A DNA stretch of 64,000 nt from NCBI RefSeq assembly GCF_009914755.1, contig NC_060939.1, one strand, 5' to 3'. The position numbers and the translations under genes were made by a program. Under the pieces are notes generated by a model, which worked only from the letters and a program-made list of their open reading frames with translations, had not been told where the DNA came from and did no database searches. Each line of letters begins with the position of its first letter. Within the stretch, counting starts at the first letter, position 1. Shown one piece after another: positions 15,198 through 29,689 of the stretch. The DNA is from the human T2T-CHM13v2.0 reference genome, Homo sapiens.

Positions 15198-15665
15198 TTA
15201 ATTTTATTTACTTTTTGAAAAAGCAACTTTTGGGTTTTTTTTTCTTTTAAATTTCACTAACTTCTTTTATAATCTTAATTTTTTTCATTTCTCTGGTTTT
15301 TTTTCACTAAAGTGACTATTTTTTTTCTAGTTTCTTAAGGTGGTAGCTTAGATTACTGATTCAAGGGTCTTTTATTCTTTGCAATATTGCAATATAAGCA
15401 TTTAATGCTATAAATGTGCATCTATGCAGTTTTTACTTGTGTTACACAATTTTCATAAATTGTATTTTAATTTTCAGTTCAAAATATTTTTAATTTCCCC
15501 TGAGATTTTCTTCCTGACCCATAAAATCCTACAAATGTGTTGTTTAATTGTAAAATATTTGGAAAACTTCTAGTTATCTTTCTGTTACTTATTTTTAGTT
15601 TATTTGTACTATAGTCTAAGGACTTACTTTGTATGATTTATATTCTTTTAAATATGTTAAGTTTT

Positions 15666-15987
15666 GGCCCAGCACGATGGCTCACACCTGTAATCCCAGT
15701 ATTTTTCAGGCTGAGGCAGGTGAACCACCTGAGGTCAGGAGTTCAAGACCAGCCTGGCCAAAATGGTGAAACCCCATATCTACTAAAAATACAAAAATTA
15801 GCCAGGCGTGGTGGTGTGAGCCTGTAGTCTCAGCTACTCAGGAGGCTGAGGTAGGAGAATGGCTTGAACCCAGCAAGCAGAGGCTGCAGTGAGCCAAGAT
15901 CCTACCACTGCACTACAGCTTGGGTGACTGAGTGAGACTTCATCTTAAAAAATAAAAATAATAAATAAATAAATAAATAAACAAATA
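15666..15987 (+). mobile_element. Alu (AluS-type) with (TAAA)n tail
   Basis: Full-length Alu; TSD core taaatatgttaag on both sides. Confidence 0.96.
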
Positions 15988-17094
15988 AATATGTTAAGCT
16001 TCGGTTTGTGGCCCAGAATATGTTCTATTTTGCCGAACATTTTATATGTATTTCAGAAGAATATGTATTCTGCTGTTTTGTTGCCTGGAGTATTATATAA
16101 TTATAAATAATGTCAAACTGGTTGATACGATTGTTCAAGTCTTCCATATCCTTACATATTTTCTGTTTGTTTGTCCTTTCAATCACTTAGAAAAGATTAT
16201 TAAATTTTCCAACTATATTTATTTCTTTGTGTCTGTCTCTTCTTTCAGATCTGTCAGTTTTTGCATCATATATTTTGAATCTCTGTTGATAAGTACATAC
16301 ACATTAAAAATTATGTTCTGTTAGAGAATCCATCCTTTTATCATTATGTAACATTCCTTTTTATTCCTAAAAATAACCTTTGTTCTGAAGTCTACTCTGT
16401 TCAAAATTCATGTAACTACTCCAGCTTTCTTTTGCTTAATGTTGCATGGTATTCCTTTCTCTATTTTTTAACTTTTAACCTAAATATGCCTTTATACTTA
16501 AAGTGGCTTTTATGCAGCATATAGTTTAGTCTTGATTTTTATCCAAGCTGACAACCTGTGTGTTTCATCTGGGATGTTTAGATCATTAACATATAAAGTG
16601 ATTATTGATAAGGTCAGATTAAAATATACGATCTCATTCTCATTTGTAAAAACATATTCCAGCTGTTGTTTCCTTTCCCTCTTGCTACTTTGATTACATT
16701 TAATTAACAATGCTCCAATTTTGTTTTCTGTTTAGACTTATTGTGTATAACAATCTTTTAAAACTTTTTAGTTTTAAATAATCTGAGTTGACCTCCAAAT
16801 AGTATTATGCTGATATATATGTAGTATAAAAACCTTTTAACAGTATATTCCCTATTACTTTCTTCCATCTCTTGTATAATTGCTATTATACATTTCATTT
16901 TTTCTTATGCTATAAACATAAAATATATTGTATATTTTTGCTTTAAACAGTTAACTTTTAAAGTCAATATTATCAAAGCATAAATACACTCATTTATTAC
17001 ATTTCCAACACTCTTCATTTCTTTGCATGTATGCAAGTTTCTGAATATATTATATTCCATATCTCTGAAGAACTTCCTTTCCATTTCTCGTTGA

Positions 17095-17461
<367 letters not shown>

Positions 17462-20039
17462 GAATTCCCTCAGTTTTTGTTTTTCTGAGAAACTGTTTAT
17501 GTCTATTTCACTTTTGGAAAGTGTTTTTACTGAGTTTCACTGTGGGTTTACTTTTTCTTTCAGAAACTTAAAGATTTTATTCCATTGTCTTCTTTCTTGC
17601 ATGATTTCTGAAGAGAAGTCTGCTGTGAATCTTATCCTTTTTGCTCCTCTGGTGAGGGAAAAAGCAAAAAGCAAAAATGTATCTTTTTTTCCCTTGGCTG
17701 CTTCCAAAATGTTCCCTTTGTATCTGGTTTTCAGCACTTTTAATATGATATATGTAGTTGGGGGGTTTGTTATTTGTTTGTTTTCTTTTGATTCTGGCTG
17801 ATATTTGAGCCTCTTGGATTTGTACTTTGGTGTCTGTCATTATTTTGCAAAATTCTCAGCCATTATTTCTTCAAATATATTGTTTTCTCTTCTTCTTTTG
17901 GAATTCAAATAATATGTATATTAGACAGTTTGTTATTTTTTCACAGCTCTTGGTTTCTCTGTCCTGATTTTTTAACTCATATTTCTCTTTTTGTTTTAGA
18001 TTGGCTAATTTCTACTCACCTATAGTAAAGCTCACTGGGTCTTTCTTTGGCTATGATAAGTTTACTAATGTGCCTATCAAAAGCATGCTTAACCTCTCTT
18101 ACTACATTTTTGATTTCTTGTACTTCCATTAGATTCTTTCTTATAATTTCCATTGATCTGCTAATTTCCATTATGCTAATTTCCATTGATTGACCAAATC
18201 ACCTCTTTGGTCTTGCATGTTGCCTATTTCTCCATTAGAGCCATTAACATATTAAATAATTATTTAAATACCCTCTTTCCTATCTGGTTCTGTTCTTAGT
18301 AATTATTTTGCCTTTTCAGGCTGCTATTTTTGGTTTTTGTATGTCCCATAATTTTATCTGGAAGCTAGACATGTTTTATAGAATAGTAGATACTCAGATA
18401 CATTTTATGTATGCTTAGAAATAAGCATGCCTTTCATTTTGCCCTGCTTTTAGTGTGAGGGTTCTTGCTTATGTAGTTAGAAGTTAAGCCAGGTTTGAAG
18501 TTGACTATCTGCTTGACTCCAGGTCCTGTGGCTCAGTTTTGACTCTTCCCCTTGCACTTTTCCCAGGGAACATCTGTCTCTTGCAGTCACCACCTGGACT
18601 ACACTGCTGTTTTCATTCTATGCTTGTTGCGTGTGGGTGGTTGGATCAAGGGATGGTGAGATGTTATCTATGTTTGGAGTAAGGCTCAGTCTTAGGCATG
18701 ATTTGTAAACCTAGTTCTTAGAGTGTGACCTTCCCAAGTGTTCCTGTGCCTTCTGCAGATGTAATGATGTTGGGCCCAACGGTACTGCCATCTCTCCCCC
18801 AGGGGTAGTGCTTGCTTGCTTTTCTACTCACATACACACAGCTGCAGTAGATTTCCACCATTCCCCTGTTGCACCAGTTTTTGTTGCCCTTCCCCCTGTG
18901 TACTGAGACATTTGCTTCACAGGGGACACAATGATGTGGACGTGGGTGGAGTTCTCACAATGAGTTCTGTCATCCTCTCCCAGGCGGCCCCATGGGGAGG
19001 CTTTCTCAGGATTCTCCTTTATCCTCCATTTAAAAAGATGGTGGTGTTCAGACTCAGCATTTAGTGATCAGATAGAAATTTCTAGCTGAATAAAGTTACT
19101 GAATTATATTATATTTGGTGGTGCCTGTAATTATCCTAAAGTTTCCTCCAGCACCTCATATGTAGACAATCATATTAACTGATTAACTTTTTACATTATA
19201 TTTATACCTCAATTTGGCCAAGAATTACTTGTTCTAAAAACTATCCGTTACTTTACGGTTAAACAGGATTACGGGCATGAAGTTAAAAACTGATTGTAAT
19301 AAAAATTAGCACTTTTTGTTTCAAAATATGTAATACTTTAAATATTTTTTTCTTGCAGTGGTCATAAAAGTGAATGGTAAGGATGTGGGTATAAACTCAA
19401 CTCTTTATATATATAAAAACACTTGTGTGATTCTTCTTTTAAAAATGATGTAGTGTGCGATAGAGAAGATTTTTACCACACATTCCTCTCTGGAAACAAT
19501 AGAATGCCAGAACACAAGTGAAAAGAAAAGGAAGAAAAAACAATTATCATTGACTGTAGGAAGTAACCACAAATCTGCCAATACAAGGAATAAAAGGAGC
19601 AAGGTAAATTAGTGACTAAATTAAAAGAAGCACCAAAAGCGCATGGAATTATCTACAATTCTTTTGTAAGGTGCAGAGTTTTGTAAACAATAGATGGGCC
19701 CTTCAAGAAACTTCTGACCTACCTAACACCGTGTATATGTGTGTGAGAGCTGGCTGGGGCAAGGAGGATGCAGTCTAGAGGAGCATCCCTGAGCCGTGTC
19801 CCCTCTGATAGCGAAAGGGAGGTGTTGGTGATGCTGAAGAAGGGACAGGCCCATTCCATGAATTAGGCAATTAATACATGAGTTACAAAAGAGATTAGCT
19901 ATACTGCTACTAACCATGGAAAAGGAAACACTACATCACTATACCTACCCCTGTAGCTTATAAAGATCTTTTTAAATCCACACTGATATACTGCTCAACG
20001 CAAAATCCCAGGAGGTATGATGATGAGAAGATTAAAAGA

Positions 20040-21140
20040 TCATTGAACAAACATTCACAGAAGGCCTACAAGAGCTCAGGAAGCAAAGAAAACGGACGAA
20101 GTGTCATCACGGAACTTGTATTCTATGGGGTAGAGGGAATAGATGATAAACAAGTAAATATGCATCTCATATATTTCAAGAGGATAAGTGCTACAGAGAG
20201 AAACAGAGCAGGGAAAGGGGTAACAGATTCCCACTGTTCATAGATCCATTGTGTCTCCAATGGCAAACCGTTCTTACTTTACACAGGTAGTCAATAATCT
20301 AATAGGGTCACATTTGGACAACTGAGTCAGTGAGGAAGTAAGCAACGCTGGAGATTTGTGGGAGGAACGTTCTAGCAACTAGAAATGCAAGAGCAAGGGA
20401 GCAAGATCAAGTGTGTGGGGGACAGCAGAAGGGACAGTGGGGCAAGAGCTGTTTCCTTGACTGGGAGGGAGCCCAAACCATGAAGGAGTTTGTAGTCCAA
20501 GCCACGCTCTTAGTATTAATCTCAATGAGATAGAAAGTCCCTGGAGTGAGCTTGGAAAGGCTTGATTTGACCCCTATTTTAAAAGGATTATGTTGGCTGT
20601 TAGATAGAAAATAATCTGCAGAAGGACAAATTAAGCAACGATTACAATTATTATTATATTGCAATAATATTATATTGTATTATTATTATTACAATAATCA
20701 AGTGCGATGTCATTGGTGCATTAGAGTAGTAAAATGTGGTTGGAATCTGAGCATGTTTAATGCATTTTTATGGAGTAAATATATAATATGAGGATAAGAG
20801 AAGAAGAAAGGCTGACTGTGAGGTTGAAGGTCAGAGCAACTAGGACAGAGTGAATGTTTGTTGAGCACAGTGCACTGCAGGTGGAGCTGCTTGTTACAGA
20901 GCAGGAGGCACGAGAAGCAGGACTCACGTGGCCTGTTGATTTTGAAATGCCTGTTATACCTGTATGGACACATTGAGATGATGCAAGGGTAGATGAGTCT
21001 AAAGTTCCCGAAAGTAGTCAACACTATGCAAAGCACTGATAGTATTTAAACTCCTGCAACTAGTTGAGATCCTCTAGAAAATTAAAGAATAGAAGGGAGA
21101 AGGTCTCCAGGCTGAGCCACTGGCACACTCACATATGGAG
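20040..21140 (-). mobile_element. L2 fragments
   Basis: Purine-rich L2-like motifs (gataaacaagtaaata, gataagtgctacagagagaaacagagcaggg, ttttgaaatgcctgttatac). Confidence 0.55.
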
Positions 21141-21608
21141 GTTGTGGAGAAGAAAAGAACTCACAAACAGGGCTCAGATACACTGCTCAAGGGCAAAGCC
21201 CAGGGGAGTAGATGGCCAGGGGCTCCAGAAACCTGCTGAGGCAACCCATTTGTGCTGAGTTGACCCCTGCAGGCACTATTCATACCCTAGGGCTGACCTC
21301 CAAAAAGTGCCCCCTGTCAACTTTAGTTAGAAATGCAAATGGGACCCATGCAGAGATTCCAAAGAAAGACAAAACGTAAAACACTACAAATGCTGATGGA
21401 GGACATGTATATTAAGAACATTCCAAACAAATACTTCCCTATGATCTTGGACCAAGTGAAGAAAATTTTAGCTCAAAACTGAAGTCACTCAAAAGAGGAT
21501 AAAAGAAACATAGACAGAGATGAAAAGATGAGAGGAGATATCAAGCAGGCCAGGAGATATTTGGGGGAGGGAAGGAGAAGAAATAAAATCATAAAAAATG
21601 AAAGCCAC

Positions 21609-21936
<328 letters not shown>

Positions 21937-22648
21937 TTACAGAATCTAACCTGCTGATAATATTGTCAGGAATATGAAGAACAGGTTTAGTAATACCGAG
22001 GAATGCACTCAGTGAATAGTAAGAAAAAAATGATAGATGTGTAAATCAAACAGAGTACTCACAAACACATAATTAATGTTTGTGAGACGAGGAAAAGAAT
22101 AAAACAAATAGGACAAACTGTTTAAAGGCTGTATTGGAAAAAAAATCCTGAAATGAAGGAAGACGTGAATCTGCCAACCAGGTCCCAGGAAAACAGGACA
22201 CGAGACACATGTTAATAAAGTTATAACAAATCAGGAAGAAAGAAAAAAATTAAAACACGAACTTAAATATAAATGTAATGTAATTTAATTTAAATACATC
22301 ATCCATAGCAACAGAAATATACATGTATCAAGAACTAAATCTAACAAAAGACTTGCCAAAGCTTTATGGAAGTAATTCAATATTTCATTGAAGGATATGC
22401 AAATTGAAATAGCTAAAACTTCATGATGACAAAAACTTTTTCTTAACTGCTGTACTTTCAGGCAGCTACACTGATTATCTAAATAAATGAGGATGCATAA
22501 TTTATTCCAATCAAAATACCAACAGTGTTTATGAAAAATTTTTAAACTGATTCTACAATTTTATAAGCACAAAGACCGAAGAAGAGCCAAGGCATCCATG
22601 GAGAAGAATACAAAGATTGGCAGCTTCTGTACTTGTGACCAATGCTAT

Positions 22649-23176
22649 TGTATTAGTTTTCCATTTCAGTTTAACAAATTGCCACAAACTTAGTAGTTTA
22701 AAACAAAACACATTTATGACCTTATAATTTCTGTGAATTAGGTGTGGCTTAGCGGGGAACTTTGTTTAGGCTCTTAGGGCTGCAATTAAGGAGTTGGCTG
22801 AGCTTCAGTCTCATCTGGAGACTTGACTGCAGAAGAATCAATTTCCAAACTCAAGTTGTGGACAGAATTATTATTCGCAGCTGTAGAGACCAGAGGACAG
22901 TCTCTCTCTTCATGAAAGGCTCAGTCTTTCTTTTAACATCTTTCACCTGATTAAGTCAGGGCCACCCAAGATAATCTTTCTTTGATTAACTTGAAATCAA
23001 CAGATTTTGGGTCTTAATTACATTTGCAAAATTTATTCATCTTTGCCGTATAAAGAAATTCAATCAAGGGAGTTGATCCATTAAGTGAAACCAAATCAGG
23101 TTTTGCCCACACTCACGAGGAAGGAACAATACAACTATATGACTAACTGGGGTCACTTTAGGGTGTGTCTGCCACA
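22649..23176 (-). mobile_element. MLT1 (MaLR) solo LTR
   Basis: tgtattagtttt...ccacaaacttagtagtttaaaacaa start and gtctgccaca end; near-TSD gctat/gttat. Confidence 0.8.
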
Positions 23177-23514
23177 GTTATGCTGATTAAGACAGTGTGG
23201 TTATGTGGCAGAATCAAAATGCACACACAGATTCATACAGATACGAACACACAAATAAAAGAGAGGTGGGCCTGCAGATGACTGGAAGTGGCAATAAATG
23301 ATGGTGTAGCCACTAATCACAGAATTCAGAAAACTTGAATTGGAGAAGAAGTAATTGCATAGAAGGAAAACTAGGAGAAAAGCAAAACTTGTGTAAGGGA
23401 ACTTAATGGTCCTGGGTTATTAAGGAACAAATTCTCAAGAATGACACAAATGGTATGAATGGTAAAATAAAAGGTTGATAAATTTAATTTCCCTAAAATT
23501 AGGAACTTCTTTTT

Positions 23515-23835
23515 TAATGTTTCTTAATTTTTTTGTTTTTTTTGAGACGGAGTTTTGCTCTCGTTGCCCAGGCTGGAATGCAGTGGCATTCCGAGATAGT
23601 TCTCGGCTCACTGCAACCTCTGCCTCCCAGGTTCAAGAGATTCTCCTGCCTCAGCCTCCTAAGTAGCTGGGATTACAGGCATCCACCACCACACCCAACT
23701 AACTTTTTGTATTTTTAGTAGAGACGGGGTTTCACCATGTTGGCCAGGTGGATTTTGAACTCCTGACCTCGGGTTATCCACCTAACCCGGCTTCCCAAAT
23801 TGCTGGGATTACAGGTTGAGCCACCGCGACCGGCT
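23515..23835 (-). mobile_element. Alu (AluSp/Sq-like)
   Basis: Full-length antisense Alu; TSD ggaacttcttttt at 23502 and 23836. Confidence 0.96.
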
Positions 23836-25420
23836 GGAACTTCTTTTTATAAACAAATGTAATAAAGAGAAGAAAAAGACAAGTCACCTCAGGGCAAACT
23901 TGAAGAATAAGATGGAGAACATTAGGCTTTTTGGCTGAGCATTGCTTGCTAATCTCCAGGCCTCAGGTGGCTTTTCAGAGAGTATTAAGCTTAGGCAATT
24001 TTGAAAGGAAACCAGGCTGGATGTATCTGTAAGTTGGTGGGGTTGGGAGGATGGGCAAGAGATGGCCATGAGAAAGAGAGGAGATGGAGGGAAATAACAA
24101 CGTTTAAAGGAGACTCAAAGGATGTTTTTGGTGCCAGAGATGCAATAAAGAAATGTGGTATCTATGGCATGAGTAAATAATGGTTTTGAAATAGTATACT
24201 CTGGGAATAATGCAATTACAAAAGATTCACCTAGTCCGTAGAGGAGTTGGAGTATTGAAAATATCTATATGAACTTCCAAACTTACCAATTAAATGGGAT
24301 GATAAATTCAGGTGGGAACATCTTTAGAGCTCATACATTAGAAATACATTCTGTGAAGGGTTTTCCTTTTTTAAATTTTCTGTGAAGATCTCTTTCTGAA
24401 ACTCGACTGGACTTTTAAAGCATAAGATGCTATGTTGCTGTCAAATTTCAAAACAGAAACCTAGAATTTAAAAATTGTAAATTTGCTTATATATTTGGTA
24501 TTTTATTAATGTGGCCCACAAGATGTTATCTAGCAGCCGGTTAGCATTTTCAGAAAAAAAAAAAAACACCCCTACCAACTTCCTTTTTCAATAATAATTT
24601 ATTATCTACCTACTGATTCATTAAAATAATAATTTTGCAAACATAAAGTTTAGTAAAATGAAGAAAAAGGTCTTTAAATGTACCATGTCCTTGTATTTTA
24701 CAATAAACTAATTGTATGAAGTGTGAATAAAGAATAATTTTATGTTCTCTGAGAAACATGGAAATATACTTCAATATAGAGTCATTAAATGATACGACAA
24801 AGAAAATTTGTACACTTACTTCCTTTGGTGTTTCCAAGCCAGATTACCTCTGTTATTCCTACCCGTCAACCTATCTTTCTTCTGGGGATAAAGCCCCATC
24901 TTCTGGGAACTGCTCCTCCTTCCACAGCCAGCCTGGGAGCTGCCATGTTCTTACCTGAACCTGCCTCAGTTGAAGTTGATTTGTCCAAGATGGGCAGCAA
25001 TCTAATCTAAGCCAATACAATCTTCTACACCACTGGTTTTATTTATCTGATTCTGACCTGTCTGAAATTGACCGTGTCAGAGGCTTTCTGAGAATGTGAA
25101 CATGGAATCACTGAGAGCAAATAAATGCATGTCAGTCTCTCTCTGGTGGTGGGAACTACCAGATATGGAACTTACTAACTCTAAAATAAATGAATAAGTA
25201 AGTAAATAGAAAAGCCCCAACTAGTCCACTGTGACGTTTCAAAACATCATCCTGGGGCAAATTTTATTTCTATGTTTAATGCTAAAAAGCAATTATTGAG
25301 AATGGATTGCTATCTAATGAAATAAATAAAACAAGTATTTGGGATTGGAAATAACAAGTTTCAGGTCCTGACTTTCCTCTGAATATGAGCTGAGGAAGAA
25401 GTCATCTTCATGGGTCATTC

Positions 25421-25808
25421 TGCTGCCTCCTCCATCACTGACAGCATCGTGCACACCTCCAGTCATGCGCCTAGCACTAGGACTTTGGTGCCACTGCCTC
25501 CTCCATCACTGACAACATCGTGCCCACCTCCATGCATGCGCCCAGCACTGGGACTTTGACTAGTGCCGCCTCTATCATTGCCAGTATCATGCACTCCTCC
25601 ACGCATGTGCCCAACACTGGGACTTTGTCTGAGGCTGCCTCCTCCGTCATTGCCAGTATCATGCACACCTCCATATTGTGCCCAGCACTGGGACTTTGTC
25701 TGATGCTGCCTCCTCCGTCATTGCCAGTATCGTGCACACCTCCATATTGTGCATACCTCCAGTCATGCACCCAACACTGGGACTTTCACTGGTGCTACTG
25801 CCTCCCTC
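25421..25808. repeat. Minisatellite, ~71-bp unit, about 5.4 copies
   Basis: ctgcctcctcc(a/g)tca...tgcacacctcca...cccagcactgggactttg recurs, with unit starts near 25423, 25494, 25565, 25635 and 25706. Confidence 0.93.
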
Positions 25809-26435
25809 CTGCAAAGCACCCATGTCTGGGAAAGGCAGAGCCTCAGTAGGATGACCATGGAAGCTAATAACCATGGATGCCCAGGTAGACTTCTGAATTA
25901 GGCAAGGGAGTATACTGAGCATAGGCATGGGGAGCTCCTCTCACCCCAGGCAGGGAGAAAGCAGGTGGATTTGCTGTAATAAATTGTGCGTCTTGTCTGG
26001 AGTTGTCTTTCTGTTTATCTTGTCAGTAACCTGCAGTGGTGATAAATGAAATTACTCTTTGGATGTTCCATTTGGACTCTGCATAACTCCTAGGGTGATT
26101 TATTGTCCTTTGTTTTTCTGTATGTTAGCTTGTTGGTTTATTCCTCTAGGGTTTTGATTGCAATTTTATGCCAAAAATTAATAGACATTAAGAATCACAC
26201 ATAATTCAAATCACATTTCCTTAGGAAATGATGTAATTTTAGCATTCACATTACATTAAAATATATACTTGTGCTCTTTTATTGCTTCAGGCTAATCATC
26301 CTAATTCCTTTGTACTGAAATACTAATTTGTTTAAATTTTTAAATGTTTCTTGGTAAATGATATCAAAGTTGATGTTTCTATCAACAACTCTAAATATTG
26401 CTACAACAGAATATTTCATCCTGCAAAAAATTCTA

Positions 26436-26832
<397 letters not shown>

Positions 26833-26844
26833 TCAGTGATAGTC

Positions 26845-27700
26845 TTTTTCATTCAGCAAATATTAATTAATTTATTATGGTTAGCCAACGTTGGTAAACA
26901 AGAGAGACATATTCTATAAACCAACCAGTTTATTGGTTTTAAGATAGATATTGTACCAGTAATTATAGAAACAAATCCATCCAATTTATGGGAAGGTGTC
27001 AGGGAAGATTTCCTGGGGAAGTAAGTGATTTTTAAGCTAAGTGAGTGAATAGGAACTATCTAGATGCTGGGGAAATAAAAAGAAGAGCATGCTATGCAGA
27101 TGGGAAGGAATTCAGAGGAGTGTGGGAAGGGTTTTGGCAAGTCTGAGGCCCTGGGTAGACAAGATGCCAAGAGTGTAGAGAGCACAGGGCAAGGAGTGTT
27201 TAATGCAGAATGATGTGGACCACATAAAAGTGTCACAGCTGTGCAAGGGCAGCTAATAAGGAGAAGGCTAAAATGATACTAGTGTTTTACAAAGTTCCTT
27301 TTGATGGCAGTAGGTAGAATGATTTAGAGCAAAAAGGACTGGTCATTAGGAGATAAGCTTGGATCTATGGCAGAAGGTGGTAGCTTGGACTAGATGGGGA
27401 AAGGATTTGAGAGCAATGGATCATATAGAACCATTGAGAAGAGAAAAGGAGGAGTCAGAGGTGGCTTTTTGGTTTCCTCTTTGAACAAGTGAGAGATGGA
27501 CCTGAAAGAAGAGGAGGTATTGGCACGGGGAAGGTGATAGTTCAGTTCTGGACATGGTGGATTTCGGGCACTGGATGACTGAATCCAGCAGGCTAAAGGG
27601 GTGGAGGATTCAAATGGGGAGGATGAGGATGAGGAGATAATCTCAGCAAGAGGTGGCCTAGACAAGAAATCAATGGAGATGCTTTGGGGAGAAAATGTAC
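26845..27700 (-). mobile_element. L2 fragments
   Basis: ttcattcagcaaatatt 3'-end motif; ttcagttctggacatggtggattt and related purine-rich L2 motifs. Confidence 0.6.
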
Positions 27701-28414
27701 AATGTATTAAGCATGCACCCTCTTTCAAGCCCCCGGGGGATCTTATGGAATCTCTAGTCACATCTGCATTGCTCCCAACTTCTTTATGGTGTGGTTCTGC
27801 TTTGGTAGAAGAGAGTGGAATGTCAGGAAATGATTACTCCTTTTTGTTTCTGGGTTGGCACAGCTTAAGTCCTGGGTTACAAAAGGATCAGATAAATATA
27901 CATACATTAATTAAAACAAAGTGCGAAGTTGATAAGCAAAACTTAAAGATATAAATAAATAAAAATATAAAATGGTTACACAAGTTTATGTAAGATATGA
28001 TAGCTTTGTTGTCATTGGAAAAGCATCCCTTAAAATGACCCTGGGTCTGTTTGAGGGTTGAGTTTACCTGTTACTCTTGAATTTAATTGTACAACCTATG
28101 GAAGGACTCAAGTGATAATAGCTCATCAACTCATGGCCTGTCGTGGAAGAGATCTGCATGTGTTCTCACTCTATCCGTGAATATGTTCGTTTTGTGCCCT
28201 TTACACTGACCGATTAAATGCCTGGTACAGCCATGGTTACTATGAAAATTAAGTTTAAGAAAACCAGCATTTTGATCCATTTCCTGATTTGATATTGTTG
28301 TAGTTGTGCATTTTTATCCAAGTCATTCACTTAACAAAATAAATTGTAAATTATTTTCCTGAATTATTTTTGACCCATCAAAGTTGTCTTAATTTTGACA
28401 ATATTTTATTACAG

Positions 28415-28567
28415 GTGATTATGTTGTCATGACTATATATTTTGAATTGAGTAGAAGAATGGGATACTTCACCATTCAGACATACATTCCCTGTATACTG
28501 ACTGTGGTTTTATCCTGGGTGTCATTTTGGATCAAAAAAGATGCTACGCCAGCAAGAACAGCATTAG
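28415..28567 (+). CDS. GABRG3: GABA-A receptor gamma-3 coding exon (exon 7 by recalled numbering): end of extracellular domain, M1, start of M2
   Basis: Acceptor ttttattacag|GT at 28414/5 and donor TTAG|gtgagt at 28567/8; 153 nt. Encodes (G)[50 protein letters not shown](G), with the anion-channel PAR motif of Cys-loop receptors. Confidence 0.98.
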
Positions 28568-29689
28568 GTGAGTTTCAAAAAATCTCTTCCACAAATTTGC
28601 GTAATTGTAATATAGAAGCATTCATAAAAAATACCTTCAATGTAAAAGACTATTTAAATGTGAATGATCTCATTTGAGGGTGACTTGAACCATGCTTAGA
28701 ATTTTCTCTTAAGAAGCCAAGCAAGGCTGTTCTTTCTCACAATGGGATTCTATGTATGCCACTTAAATCAAGACGGCGTAGGAGATTCACAGTAAATCCA
28801 TTGTGATAGTATCCTGTATCACAGGCTGATATGATCACAAAAACACAGGCACATCCCAGAACCTGTCAACTCAAAAGTCCCCATACGTTAATGTCAGGAA
28901 ACAGAATTTGCCACACACCTCTGAGGACTGAAGACATAGTATTGGTAAAAAATAGTTGATCAATAATTGAAGCTCTGCTTGTATATAGCAACTTTATCAG
29001 CAAACGAGAAAATGATCATTCTTTTCAGCTGTGAGCACACACTAAAACTCAGTCTTTTCATGAATTTTTCTCTGGTTCCCAAAATCTTCTTAATAAAACA
29101 CTAACTTTCAGTAGTTTTAGAACTGTGCAACGTGTATTATGTCAGGTTTCCTTTCTGACAGGAATTTTGCTTAACTTTCAATGTTTTGATTTTTTGAAGG
29201 CAGGTAATATATAAGACTGAATATAGAGATTGTTTTCCCCTAAAAAAAATCCTATAGAAAAGAGGAAGCTGTCTCAATTTCAAATTTCTGCAACATCTCT
29301 CATATTTGCATTGTTATTTCTCTGTGTTTTTTTTTTATTTGTTTGTTCAAGAACAAAGCACTGGGCCTGGGTAGACCAGATGCCAAGAGATTAATTAGCC
29401 TGTAATATCCTCTACCTATACTAGATTTGCATGCTTATAGAAAATACGTGGTAGAATTGTAGGCAAATCAACACAGATTTCGTGACTAACCCTTGGGGTT
29501 ATGGCTTCATAGTTACATATATTAGATGTCACTGTACACAAGACATCTAAAGATAAGCTTCAAAGTGATATAATATATAACTATGTTTGTACAAATTGAG
29601 ACTATGAAAATCCTACAGAGAATAGTTGTTCTGGGCTCAAGACACAGAAGCTAGAATTTCACGGTGCAGTCAGATAATAAATTTATAGC

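Noticed and set aside
25463-25928. Repetitive ORFs in several frames; possible CRISPR-like array
   Set aside because: These come from the 71-bp minisatellite. The unit is not a multiple of 3, the whole unit repeats with no unique spacers, and the DNA is eukaryotic.
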